This document shows positions 12,225-24,448 of a stretch of 64,000 nt of DNA, in pieces (position 1 is the first letter of the stretch; every line of letters starts with the position of its first letter). Location of the stretch: NCBI GenBank assembly GCA_009914755.4, contig CP086569.2, positions 7,328,001 to 7,392,000 on the forward strand, in the 5' to 3' direction. The translations under genes were made by a program, and so were the position numbers. The notes beneath the pieces were generated by a model that made no database searches, was not told the DNA's origin, and was given only the letters and a program-made list of their open reading frames with translations. This DNA is from the human T2T-CHM13v2.0 reference genome, Homo sapiens.

Positions 12225-14221
12225 TCACTCTCTGTCTTCCTATCAAGGAATTTCTACTTGTATGAAGGGAGCCTCAACTTCTACATTTCTGAAATGAGCC
12301 CCCAGGCTCCCTAAATAGGGAGGTGTGTCAGACCCCTCATAGTGGCAATCAAACAGCTCCAATTACAACTGAATGGCTCACCTGAAATCTCTCTTCCCTC
12401 TTCAGATGGCTTTATCCTTATGTAGTATTGCAGGGGATTGCACCACAGTTCCTTACATAGGATCTATCAGGGGAATCAATAGGGAAAGGCCTCATCAGGG
12501 CTCAGAATGGTGACCCAAGCAACTGGGAACACACCGGGGTCATCCTGATGTTTCCCAGCGAGGACCCACCTCAGCAATCCTATTAGATCCTGTGAAGTTG
12601 TGGTCAGAAAACCAGTTGAATAAGTTAAGGCCGCTGTTGTAGTGTCTGTGGCCACAGGCCTCCACTTCATAATCCTCATACCACTGAATTGGAGTGGAAT
12701 GAGAAGCCCTGTATTTTACAAAGACATGATTTTGTGGGAAGGGGGCTGGATCACATTGGCAATGATCCACCCACCATCTTCCTTCCACTACCTATCTTGG
12801 GAGCCACCTGTACCTGTGACGTTCACGAGATATTCCTCGGTAATCACTTTATTCTGGAAGTAGGGGGCGTCAGAAAGAACAACATGATCTTGCAGAGATG
12901 AACAGGATGCTTCACTTCTTCCACCTGTCAGGACAATGTGGAGGAAGCTTAAATACCTTTTTGGGTGAGGTGCCCACTGTTGCTTACAGGAATGAATTAT
13001 TTCCCTTGCCCTTCCCACTCTACTCTCTAACCTCAGTCTTCCCGGCCTCAACTACAAGTTGATCATGTAGCTCAGCCTGTCTTCATCTTAGTCAGTGATC
13101 AGTGATGACATCTGGGGGTGGTTCGCAATCTGACTTAGGTCAAAGAGACTTTAGATGTGATGGGAGGTAAAGCTAGAAGCAACAGGGAAGAAGGCCTAAG
13201 AGTACCCAGAGGCGGAGGTAGGAGGTAGGGGATTTCTCAGATTTGCTTCCACATATGACCTCCGTTTCTCCTCTCCCTCCCCCTGAATTAAGTCCTGCTG
13301 GGTTCACGGAGGGTGTGTAATTCTGAGGCTAACTGCATTGACATGGAGAGGGGCGATTTGCAGAGAGGTGCTGGTGTCTGAGGAGTGGTAGAATCTGCTT
13401 ATACCTGAAGACGCCCAGTCCCAGATTGGATTGGCAAGGGGGAGCAATCACATTTCCTTAAAAATAGCTTGATTCACAGAAAAACCTATTCTGGTCTGAA
13501 CTCGCTTCTGCTCTTCAAAAAGATGCCGCAAATATCTGCTGCTAGGCATCACGAAGGGTTTCATTGCCACATGCAGGAAAACAGTACCCACGTCTGCTCT
13601 GGCTTTCCATGGTCACATTTGTCCATGGCAACTCACCGTTGGTCCCCAAATAGTCACGTCGACACAGAGCTGCCTGTATGTTACTTACACTTCCCCAAGA
13701 GCACCTCTCAACTAGAAAGGCAGAAGAAACACTGAAAAGGAATCACCATTGGCCCAGAAGCCAGGGATGCTCTGAATGATGTCGCCTCTCCGGCCCAGGT
13801 GGGACTTGCACCTCTCCTCCATCTTTTCCCTCTGCTGAGAAAACGCCTTCTTAGCTCGGGCATTAACCGGCTCCAGCTCCACCTGAACAGCCAGCAGCTC
13901 CTCCAGTGTAGATTCTGGAGTCATAGGCCCAGGGCCAGGCTGTGCCTACTGGTCCTCCTCCTACCACTCCACGTCGGCCTCCTCCTGGGCCACCACCTTC
14001 ACCTCCGCCATTATGTCATCCGCCACCTGCACCACCTCCTCCTCCAAGGCAGCCTCCTCGCTCAGCGCCCCGGGCGCCCCCTCCTGTAGAGCCTCCATCC
14101 TGAAGACGGTACCCTTCTTCGAACTCCCACAGACCAACACCTATGCTGCCCGACCCACGCGACAAGAACCCTGCAGCTACCTTTATTGAACCCCTTGGGT
14201 CAGCAGGCCCTCAGGGGGCAT
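12225..14221 (-). pseudogene. TSPY: TSPY-family pseudogene copy 3 (best preserved; six exons with retained introns; unit extends to about 11380-14288)
   Basis: Minus-strand translation matches TSPY1 along its whole length. Exon 1 is 13747-14221: [153 protein letters not shown], ending at donor G|GTGATT. Exon 2 is about 13045-13128 (NHPQMSSLITD*DEDRLSYMINL*). Exon 3 is 12814-12923 ([17 protein letters not shown], then a frameshift, then [17 protein letters not shown], donor CAG|GTACAG). Exon 4 is 12570-12715 ([48 protein letters not shown], donor GAG|GTGGGT). Exon 5 is 12382-12463 (acceptor cctgatag|[27 protein letters not shown], donor CAG|GTGAGC). Exon 6 is about 12225-12240. It is disabled by three stops in exon 1 and by frameshifts. 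Confidence 0.85.
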
Positions 14222-14290
14222 GCGCCGGGCTTCCAGGCGCCCCCTAACAGATTGCATGCAAAGGGCACCGGGAGCCACTCCAAGACTGCC
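14222..14290. other. Rearrangement junction between head-to-head TSPY units 3 (minus) and 2 (plus)
   Basis: Only about 65 bp of unit-3 native 5' flank remains (homologous to copy-1 positions about 3480-3555). It abuts the point where copy-1/copy-2 5'-flank homology begins (14288 ~ 2706, gcacggccaatcag ~ tagcggccaatcat). Confidence 0.5.
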
Positions 14291-15165
14291 TGTCTCCGCA
14301 GCACGGCCAATCAGTGCCAGGGCGGTGGGTGTCTCCCTGGGTGGCCTCACTCGAGGCTGGCCTGCAGTCCCAGTCTCCCGGGGTAAGCCTCCTCCGAGAA
14401 GCTCTCAGAGCTTGTGCCAGGTAGCGCTGCATCCAGGCACATGCGGGCTGAGTGGCCTTTGGAATTGTGGGCATGGAAGCCATGTGCCCTAAATGACATC
14501 CTGGGCGTGGCAAGCCATTGACCCACAGGGAACACATGAAACCTCTCACTTCATTAGGCAGGCCAGGTAGATAGTATGGAATAGTGCACATCCAGAGAAC
14601 TCTCTCTGGCTGCTGGGGCAAGGGCAGGGGGAGTGGCCGGAGGAAAGTGGGTCAGGGCGGGCGCGTGGGAGGAAAGTTGCCTGCTTGTGCTGAGGTTGAA
14701 TTCGTCTGCTCCAGAGGCCAGAACCCGGGCAAACACTCTCGCAGGTCTAGGCAAATACAGGCTCCGCATACAATGCTTCCTCCCTGAGGATGCTGTATTC
14801 CAAGAAGCATTCCAAAGGGCCTCTCATCCTATGCCCTGGGCATACCAGAGGCCAGCCAGCAGGGTTGGCCATAGACGGCCTGCGTGCACGCTATTGTGCA
14901 CTGCCTTGCCAACCCATAGGCTCCTGCAAGTGCAGCAGCGGCTGTGGTGCCTGTTGGTGGGGCTCTACAAGCCCAGGGCCTCTGCCTCCAGCTCCTGATC
15001 TCCTGTGTGGAGTTGACACTGCTGGGGACCTGAGTCCCAGGGTGAGTGAGGCGATCTGCGGGGGCAAGCAGGGGCTCATCAGGAAACCTGGGTCCACATG
15101 GGTGTGGGAATATGTTCTTAGCAGCTTGAGGCCTGTGGGTCTTTTGGGGAGCGGGCCTCCTGGGG
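14288..15165 (+). promoter_or_regulatory. 5' flank of TSPY unit 2 (5'-truncated LTR-like segment plus upstream region), paralogous to 2706-3555
   Basis: By-eye alignment to the copy-1 flank at roughly 75-80% identity. CCAAT at about 14293 is conserved; copy 1 has an extra 28-bp segment with a second CCAAT. Confidence 0.4.
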
Positions 15166-17550
15166 AACGGCCCCCAGGGCCTAGGGGTGCTGAGGATGGG
15201 CTGGGCTGCACAGGCCGGGGTCTGTGGGAGCATCCAGGAGGGCACCATGTTCAGGCTGGAGGCTCTGCTGGACAGGACAGACGGGGCACAGAGCAAGGAA
15301 GTAGCCTTGGAAGAGGAGGCGGTGCTGACGGTGGAAGTCATAATGATTGATGTGGAGGTGGTGGTTGAGGAGGAGACCGACATGGAGTGGCAGAAGATAG
15401 ACGAGTGGGCACAGCCTGGCCCTGGACCCAGCACAACTGGGCCGTCAATGGACTCACTGGAGGTCCATCACTTGGAGCTGGGCTCCTTGAATACCCTATG
15501 CCACAGGGCATCTCCAGCTTCTGGGCCAGAGCCATATCCTTGAGGCTGCCCCTTTGGGATGGCTGGCAGCTGCGGATGGGCATCAGGCTTCAGGGGGGGA
15601 ATGGGGGCTGAGTCGGGGGAGAAACCAGGAGGGAGGCACATGGGGTCAGCCAGGAGGCAGGGGATAGGGGACAGGGTGGGAGCTGAGGCCAGGTTCCTGC
15701 AGATATGAGGCCAGCTTGCTTGTGGGAACCCTGGGACCGCATAGTAAGGACGGGGAGCCAGGCACAGCACTCACAAGGGAGAATCACGGTGCCAAGGTCC
15801 CTTCAGGCACAGCACAAAGTTGAAGGGCAAGTTTCCCTGGGAAATTCCCTGGAGGATGAGGAGTCTGCATGCCATTGCCAGCCATTGAACCACCCCTGCT
15901 CTCAGTGCCTGTTTCCAACAGCCTCACCCCAGAAACAAGGTGCTTAAGACGGCTTCGCGGTGCATGGGGCTGCTGACCTCCACAAGGCAGGCACCAGCTA
16001 CCCAGATACACTTTCTTCCCCTTGAGGTGCTGCACCCAAAGGGGTGTAGGCCCTGAGCATATATAACCTCCTTTGCACCCATGCAATTCCCATGGGAAGC
16101 ACCAGGCAAAACCCTACAGACCCTTCTATCTACAAGGCTTCCCTTAAGTGGACAGAACCACCCCTCAGGGAGACCAGGATAAGAGGACACCACACACCTG
16201 GACATCTGCAGAGCGTGTCCAGCACCCAGCACACAAGGGCCTCCTGCAGCTCATGAACCCAGAGGAATCAGCTGCCTCACACCACACTGCCCCCCGCCCC
16301 TTCAGCTGCAACCACCTGTCCACTTTTTCTGCCTCCTGTCTCTGGTCAGCCCAGGACATCTTGGCCGGGGTCCACCCCCCGAAAAAACCACCACAGTTGT
16401 GGCATTGCCTCCTTGCCAGACAGAGACAGAGGACCAAAAAAGGACGATGGCAGGCCAAATGTCTGGGAGATAACCCTGCTCCACATTCTCTGTGCTCTTT
16501 CAAAGTTTCAGGGTGTCATGAGGCTTGCCCACCCAATCAACTGGAGGCTCTTTGACCAAAGGTATATTGTTTGGCACACCCAGATCCTGTGTGAGAAACC
16601 ATGATGAAGTCCTGTTTTGGTACATGATGGATTTTTAAGTCAGGCTGGGGAGCTTGGGTCTGTGGGAGGGGTCTGGTATCTGAAGCAGTTTGAGGTCCCC
16701 TGGGGCCCGGGGATGTCTCAGTGGCAGAGCTACGAAGGGGAAACTCATGCTTCACTCCAGCTAGCAGGCCACCTCAGCCCAGCTAGATGAAATGGTGCCA
16801 TTGAGTCTGTCTACTTTATCCTTCTTGGTCAGGCAGGTGAGGGAACTCAGCCATCCCAGTTACTGGCAGCAGGATGAAGATTTCCTTTCGTCACAACCTT
16901 TACTTTCATAATGAAGTGATAATTAAGGAGTACTACCATTGGTATCCTCGGTAAGGAGTACCTCCCAGCATGGTAGGGGAGCTGGTGTGTGAGAGGGTCA
17001 GCCTGGCATGAACCTTCCTGACTCCTCTCCCTCCAGGGTACAGGGTGTCTCATTCCACTGCAGTCCAGTGGTTCTGGGATCATGAGGGTCAAGCCTCCAG
17101 CTGCAGGCAGAACATCACCTACCTGAGCTTGTTCAGCTGTTTGGCTGAACATGAGTGCCTGGGTTTTCGCAGGATTGCTGAGGTGGGAGTCGCGGTGAGG
17201 GCTGCGGTGGGGCATCATGGGAAAGGACCTCACTGGTCATTCCTTGGCTTCTGGGGAATTGGCTTTGAGCCATGACCTGACCTTTCCTGGACGACCTTCT
17301 GCAGTCCCCCAGATCATCAGCCAGGGCCTATGTCTCAATCCGTTGCAGTACTGCCCCAGGGAGAGAGGGATGGTATTAGAGAGGGAAACAGAGAGGAGGG
17401 CAGGTGAGCAGCCTAGGGCTAGGATCTGAGAGTCCTTTGAGTCCTGGATCTGTGCCCCACACAGAGAATCCAAAGATCATGGAGGAGACTGCAGTGAGCA
17501 ATCCCAGGCCATTTATGGTTTGAGAGAGAAAGGCCCATTAGGGAACTGCA
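15165..17550 (+). pseudogene. TSPY: TSPY-family pseudogene copy 2, intron-containing and decayed (unit ends about 18100)
   Basis: Exon 1 is about 15165-15520 (GWAAQAGVCGSIQEGTMFRLEALLDRTDGAQSKEVALEEEAVLTVEVIMIDVEVVVEEETDMEWQ...QPGPGP... ~ TSPY1 [26 protein letters not shown]...[21 protein letters not shown]...VPGPGP; GISSFWARAIS ~ SVPGFWANVIAN). Exon 2 is about 16585-16640, exon 3 about 16835-16957, exon 4 about 17036-17188 (ends gattgctgag|gtggg), exon 5 about 17299-17395 and exon 6 from about 17460. It carries frameshifts and stops. Confidence 0.75.
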
Positions 17551-18627
17551 ACACCCACATTTCAGGATTGGGGAACCCTAATCCACCTACAATGCATATG
17601 TGGCTAAGGTCAGTGGGTGAGAAGCAAGGCTTAAGGGATAGCTGTCTTATCATCACTTGCCAGCTCCTTCCCCTGCCCTGAGGCTTGCTACCACCTGGGT
17701 CTCAGATTGAGCTCAACCAGGGTGCTCTCTCTCTCCACACAGATGTCCACAGGAGGCCCGTCTAGGTCTACATCCTTTCAGAATGTTTCTCCCAGGCCTG
17801 TCATGTTGTGTTTTGATGAAGCCGGGCTCCCCTGACATGCATTCTCATCTCTGCCATCCTCATCCCCACTGCCCTGCCTTCCCAGATGAGACAGGCCACT
17901 GCACAGGGAATCTGGAGGACCACACTAAGCTCCAGTGTGAGGAAATGTTCTATTTTCTTCATGCACATGTATTTTAGAGTTTCCTCCAGGGGAGGAAATG
18001 TGAAGAGATTGCAAAATGGCTGGGGACCTTCAGTGTGTGTCCAGGGAGGGAACCTGGCTGGGAATTAAGGCCCACCTGAGTAATGGTATGGACATCCAGT
18101 GTCAGTTATCTTGATGAAGACCTGCTTTCTTACATCACCTACTATTAGTATAAAAGTTAATTCCTTAGAATATTGAAAAAACAAATCTGTGTATGAGGAA
18201 ATATAATTTGTTCATAATTGTATGGAAAAAACTGCTGACTGATCCATTTTCCATTACAATTCTTATGTGAGACTTGAAGAGTTTATCAAGTTTTAAAAAG
18301 CATTTTTATTGTTCTACTCCTGGCAATTTTTATGATCATTTTTTCAATACAGGGACATAGATTCTAGAAAGTTTTTGAGGGACTTTCAGCTTCTTTAGAG
18401 TACTTACTTGTAAATTTTGATTTTTTTTCCTTGTGGTTCTTTTCAATTTACTATTTATATTTTATATGTGAGGTTTTAAATTTGTTTTCTTATTTGCCCC
18501 TTCTGGAACTTTTAAAGGATTTTTTTTTTCTGTTAGATATGTGCATTTGGCTGTGAGTACTTTCTCTACTACAGATTTTTTTTGTTGCTGTTTGTTAGTT
18601 TTTGGGGTGTGTGATTGTTTGTTTACT

Positions 18628-18914
18628 GGTTTTGAGATGCAATCTTGCTCTGTCACCCAGGCTGACATGAAATGGCACGATCTTAGCTCACTGCCACCTC
18701 TATCTTCGAGCTTCAAGCAATTCCCCTGCCTCAGACTTCCGAGGAACTGGGAATACAGGCACATGCCACCATGTCCAGCTAATTTTTGTATTTTTAATTG
18801 AGACTAGGTTTCACTGTATTTGCCCAGCTCATCTCACACTCCTGACCTCAACTGGTCTGCTCTCATTGGCCTCCCAGAATGCTGGGATTACAGGTATGAG
18901 CCACCACAGCCGGC
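18628..18914 (-). mobile_element. Alu SINE, antisense
   Basis: ttttgagatgcaatcttgctctgtcacccaggctg...cctcc...gctgggattacaggtatgagccaccacagccggcc. Confidence 0.85.
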
Positions 18915-20657
18915 CTCATTTGTTTGTTTATGTATTTTAATCATTGTTCTATTTTCTTCATGTACACATCTTTTAGAATTATTGAAATAAAATGTTTTAT
19001 TTGCTTACTCAATACTTTAGTAGGTTTTTAAAACTAATTTTTCATTCACTAAATACGGTATTGTGTATAAGTTAAACTTGCATAGTATTGTCATTCTATC
19101 TTTTACTCAAGAACTCTGATACTGTTTTTCTCCCATCTGAGGAGAACATGCACATAGTTATAAAAAATTGTGTGAATGGGTAAGTATGAAAATATAATTT
19201 GAAAGAATAGTAAAGTTCACAAATACAATTTCACATTTGTATTTTGCATCATTTTGAAAATTTTAGTTGCTGACACATGAAATTCTATAATCACCTTCAT
19301 GTTAAATGTATACTTTTGAATCAATTTCAACAATGAGAAAAATCCAAGGCCAAACGTTAGTTCAGGAAGTAGAAAGCAGTTGTTCTGTAGAAAAAAACAT
19401 ATTTATTGAAGGTATATTTAGAGAGATTTTAGAAGGCTTAAGTCAATATTTTTGTTTTTGTTGCTCTGGTGTTTTATCATACTGTGACCAGACTGTAGCA
19501 TCAGTAGTTATAGTTACTAGGCTACCAAAGTCTCAGGGCTGCAGTAATTATTGAGGAAAGTGGCAGTGTGGTTGGCTGTTTAAGGAGACTATAGGACTTA
19601 GGAGTTTCCACCCAAAGCACAATGGCCTGGTTTGGTGGGTGGCCTTCTTTTGCTGAAGTAGATAAAATCCAGGAGAAGTGTGGACTCATTGTAGTAGGTA
19701 GGGCTTTGAGACTGGTGAAGCCTATTTGTCTCCAACTGCCATTGCCAGTATTGGTCTGCAGATAATGTCACTTCCTGGACACACTGACTCCTGTAAATTA
19801 AAATATATAATTTGGATTTAAATCCCTGTTCCAACTTCTTAAACTTAGATCTAATAAGTGTGTAATAAAATATGTATACAGAACAAAGGGAGACATCAGA
19901 TAAGTACATAAGTAAAGCATCCTGATCAAATACCTTCAAAAATATTACTACAAAAATCACTGAAGGTTAAACCTTAAAAAGTTATTTTAATTGGGGAAGT
20001 AGAAAAAGGTTGGACTTGTTTAAAACTCTGAGGTGTAAAGATACTATTATTAGAATATGGAAATTATATAAAATATCTGATTTGTTTGAAGAGCAGCATA
20101 CTAGCTATTTAGTATGACTAGAGATTAATTACCCATGTAAGAAAACTCAGAGATTAACAACAATTTTTTTCAGAGATTTTGTTCTGTAGTTAAAGACTTT
20201 TAAAATGGTTTCTTACTGATCAGTGATTCACGTATATTTATCATTTAGTCATACGCTGTATACCCTTTTATATAGGGATGAAGTTATAGTTTCTATCATG
20301 TAGATAGAAAAACATGTGACTGTGTACCACATTTGCATTAGAGTCTTTGGCCTGAGTAATGAAGCAAACAATGGAACTATGTCAGGTTACAGGTGGGCAC
20401 AGCTGGAAGCTTCCATCACTTGCATCTTTAACATTTCTGGATTCTCATCAGTCTCTCCTAGAAAGACAAATGGACTATAACTATCCTAAAGAACATATGT
20501 TACATTTAAACACCAAGTATTGAGATAAGATCATGATGTCTTATCAATGCCTCATCATTACTTTAAATTTATATGTATAACTTATACAAAGAAATTCAGT
20601 TTATCACCATTAACATTTTACACGACACATTTATCTATTTCATTCTCTTTCTAGTGA

Positions 20658-21230
<573 letters not shown>

Positions 21231-22304
21231 AGGACAGCATCACCACTCTTTAATCATTTTTTAAATGCCACTCTTCAAAATTAACAAGTAAAGTTTTACT
21301 TATGAAATTCCAAATTCCAAGTCAAGTTCAGCCTCACTTTTATAAAGAGGTAAAAATACAACAAAACAAAAAAACCTTCTTTTTCTTTTGTTTTGAAGTT
21401 AGCAAACAGTTAGAAAGCAACTCATCTCTACTTTGGATTACAAAATTGACTGTACAGAGAAATATCCTCATCTAATTGTTTTCAGATCAAAAATCCCGTG
21501 AAGTTATCATCAGAACCATCATCTTATGAAACAAAAACAAATCTCCTACTGGGTCTTTTATGTAGATTAAATATGTTATAATTAGTCATGTATACAATTG
21601 TGATTACAGTTATTCCTTAAACCATAATATTAAAAATATGAACCTCATTTTTTTTTAACTGCTACCCCAATAAGAAAACTAACTGCTGATGTGGTATAAT
21701 AATTTGTGGCCCAGAGAGCCAGCATTCTGAATTATTCAGGTTCTTCACATACCCTAAGGGTACTAAGAGCCGAATGGTAGTCTGGACATCTTGGAGGAGT
21801 AGCAATGTCAGGTCATTTCTTGCTGCCCCTCTCACCAGCCAGGGGTTCTACTGCAACTCATGCAGTAGAATGGTAGACAACTTCACAACTCTCAGTGGTA
21901 CCACAGGGTGCGTCAGGCCAATAATCACAGCAGTGTCTTCAGGATTCCTGTGTACATAGGCAAAGGTTTATTATAGTACATTCATTAGAAAACCTGAACC
22001 TTAAACCTACATCAGGCTTTCCAGCATATTTCTTTAGTCATGATACACAAGGTCCCTAGCTCATCTTCAGAGAAATCAGAAATCTATGAATAAAGAGTCC
22101 ACAGACAACGGGATTGTAGAGGAATTAACTAACAGCGGTAATAATAAGCCAAACACAGTGAGACAATTTCTTATTAGTCTAAAACAAAAATGTTATCTGT
22201 ATAAGGGAGATAGTCATGGATTACAGAAGCGAATTTGGACAGAGAAACCTTCAGCAATGTAATTATGGGATAATGCATCACAGGGTAAGGGAAGAGGCAC
22301 TCAC

Positions 22305-22416
22305 AAGTGTACATGTTCCTGACACAGTGGGCAGCTGTGAGAACCCACAAGCTGCTAACTATGGAACCACTGCAGATCTGTCTGCCACAGCTGATGATCC
22401 CAGCCTGCCATGGCAT
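22305..22416 (-). pseudogene. Isolated exon-like fragment of a trypsin-family (S1) serine protease with the His active-site motif
   Basis: Minus-strand translation gives MPWQAGIISCGRQICSGSIVSSLWVLTAAHCVRNMYT, followed by a T|GTGAGT donor-like site. PWQ...CxGSxxS..WVLTAAHC is the canonical S1 protease histidine-loop signature. A stop lies two codons upstream, and no Asp or Ser (GDSGGP) exons were found nearby. Confidence 0.5.
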
Positions 22417-24367
22417 GGCATATCACAGAGAAATCTGATCTGCTAAATCTGAGGAGAAAAATCAGCTAACTGTGTTAATTTGAACAGAATTGCCATCTGT
22501 AGACCATTTTTTTAAGTTTTAAATCACTCCTATTTGTGCTAACCAAGTCAGCATTGTTAAATATGACTAGCAAAGACAAACTTCTACCTCTACTGTGTTT
22601 ATGCATTTTTCTTGAAAAAAAGTGTTCCTCTTAATACCTTTTGAAGTTCATAGTTTCTTTTTGTTCTAGCTTAAGTTGCTTTAATCAAAATATTGGGAGG
22701 CATTCCAGCTTTCTCCCCCATTGAAACATTTATATAGCTATTATTTTAGCTCCTTAGAAGTCATTGAAGTAGATAGGCAACAAAAAATACAATGATTTGA
22801 AGATATTAGGTAAATAATGTAAAATTTGGAGATAAGGCACCTGTCTCTAAATTGGAGGGGCTTATCTTCCTAAACTTATAATCTTAGTGAGATATCAAAC
22901 AAATAGTTTAAATAGAAAATTCAAATTTGAGGTTCAGGAAAGAGCTCATACTTTTAAAATTATTTTAGAGTTCCTCAGAAAACTGAGTTGAAGCAATGTT
23001 CATTAATATATACAGAGAGATAAAAATGATGAAGATAACCTGTCTATAGAAGAGGTAAGGAAATATAGATAAAATTAGAAGCATAACTAAGATATTAAGT
23101 TTAGTTGTATTTGAATTAGTCTTTGGAGGATGTGAGCAAATAATTATGGCCTCCTTTATATTCTAAATGTAGCTATGGCAATAGGTGGTAGCTACAAAAA
23201 TAGCTGTGGTTAAGTGCACATTTAATAGATGAGACCAAAAGAGATCCCTCAATTTTCAAGGAAATAAGTGGAAGTACAGCAATATGAAACAACCATTGCT
23301 AATATCGTAATAGGTTTTCTGATAGCCAAGGGAAGGGGGAAACTGATAATCTCAATGTAATGCAGTCTAATACACCAGCACCTAAAACTCATTACTTACC
23401 AACTACTATGCTGTTTCCAAACATCATAATATATTTAACTTAAAATATACTTAATTTAAAATAACTCTATTACAAATATAAGGTACTGTGTGGTAGTAAA
23501 GAAATGTTTTTGTGTTAGGAGAATGTGTCTTAATGTTAGCCCTATTCATCTTCTGCCACGGGAACTTGATCAATCCATTCTACATAACTAGTGTCAGAAT
23601 ACGCATTTAAGATAACTATAATAATCATGTTACATAATCTACATCATAGAGTAATCTATAGGGATACTATGGAAATTGAATCATATATCAAGTATGAAAT
23701 GCCTTTGTAAGCCATAAGGAAAATAATTTCTATGATTTGGTAGATAAAAAACTCACGCATTTCTCAGGAAGAGCTTTCTCTCCCCTCTCCTTCCCTCTAT
23801 TCTTTTCTATTTCCATTCTCTTCTTCCTTTACTTCTCCTACCAAGTTTTTGAGACTTACTCTGAGGCTGTGGCAGAGAGATGTAGTGTGGCCGAATGGAA
23901 TTGGGAGTGGAGGTAAAAGCTGAGGCATTTGTAGAGGTAGAGACTGAAAGGGACATGGAAGCAGAGGCAGTCACGGGCCCTTGGTGGTGCCAGGATGCAT
24001 GGCTAGGCCATGTCACTTCCTGGAGCCAGAAAAGGAAAGGGTGCACTTGGCTGAAGACATAGGGCTTTGTGCAATGCTCCTCAAAGTGACTCAAGATTCC
24101 CACTTGCACCCAAGTGTCTTTTTGCTATAGATGGCACAACAAAGGTGCTCCCAGGTCACTCTGCAAGAAACAAGAGACAAGATATAATCAGTATTTTGAA
24201 GGAGGGCCAGAAGTAACTTTTGGTGTTCAAGATATTCTTTTTCTCCCTGGCATTCACATTCCATGAATTTGTTACCTTACAGCCAGGCTCCCACATAGCT
24301 TTCTTGACCTCCATAAAAAAAGTGAGTTCACTCAGCTTGGGGCCAAATTGGGCACAAGAGCTGACTA

Positions 24368-24405
24368 GTAGTATGCTCAGTTGCCTTTTTTTTTTTTTTT
24401 TTTTT
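24368..24405. repeat. Poly(T) tract of about 30 nt
   Basis: Direct read; it lies 45 bp upstream of a young Alu. Confidence 0.9.
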
Positions 24406-24448
24406 TTTTTGCAGAATTCCAGGACTTCCTGATGGAAAACAGAGAAGA

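Noticed and set aside
14100-15200. A true palindrome (Y-chromosome ampliconic palindrome arm pair) centred near 14250
   Set aside because: The two sides are not reverse complements of each other beyond the TSPY homology itself. Copy-2 flank (14288-15165) has no inverted counterpart, and divergence between copies is about 20-30%, unlike the over 99.9% arm identity of Y palindromes.
22174-22304. Extension of the protease-like ORF downstream of the HCV…T position (…CECLFPYPVMHYPIITLLKVSLSKFASVIHDYLPYTDNIFVLD)
   Set aside because: Sequence after the GTGAGT donor-like site has no similarity to S1 proteases. It is intronic or intergenic read-through, so only the about 110-bp exon-like core is reported.
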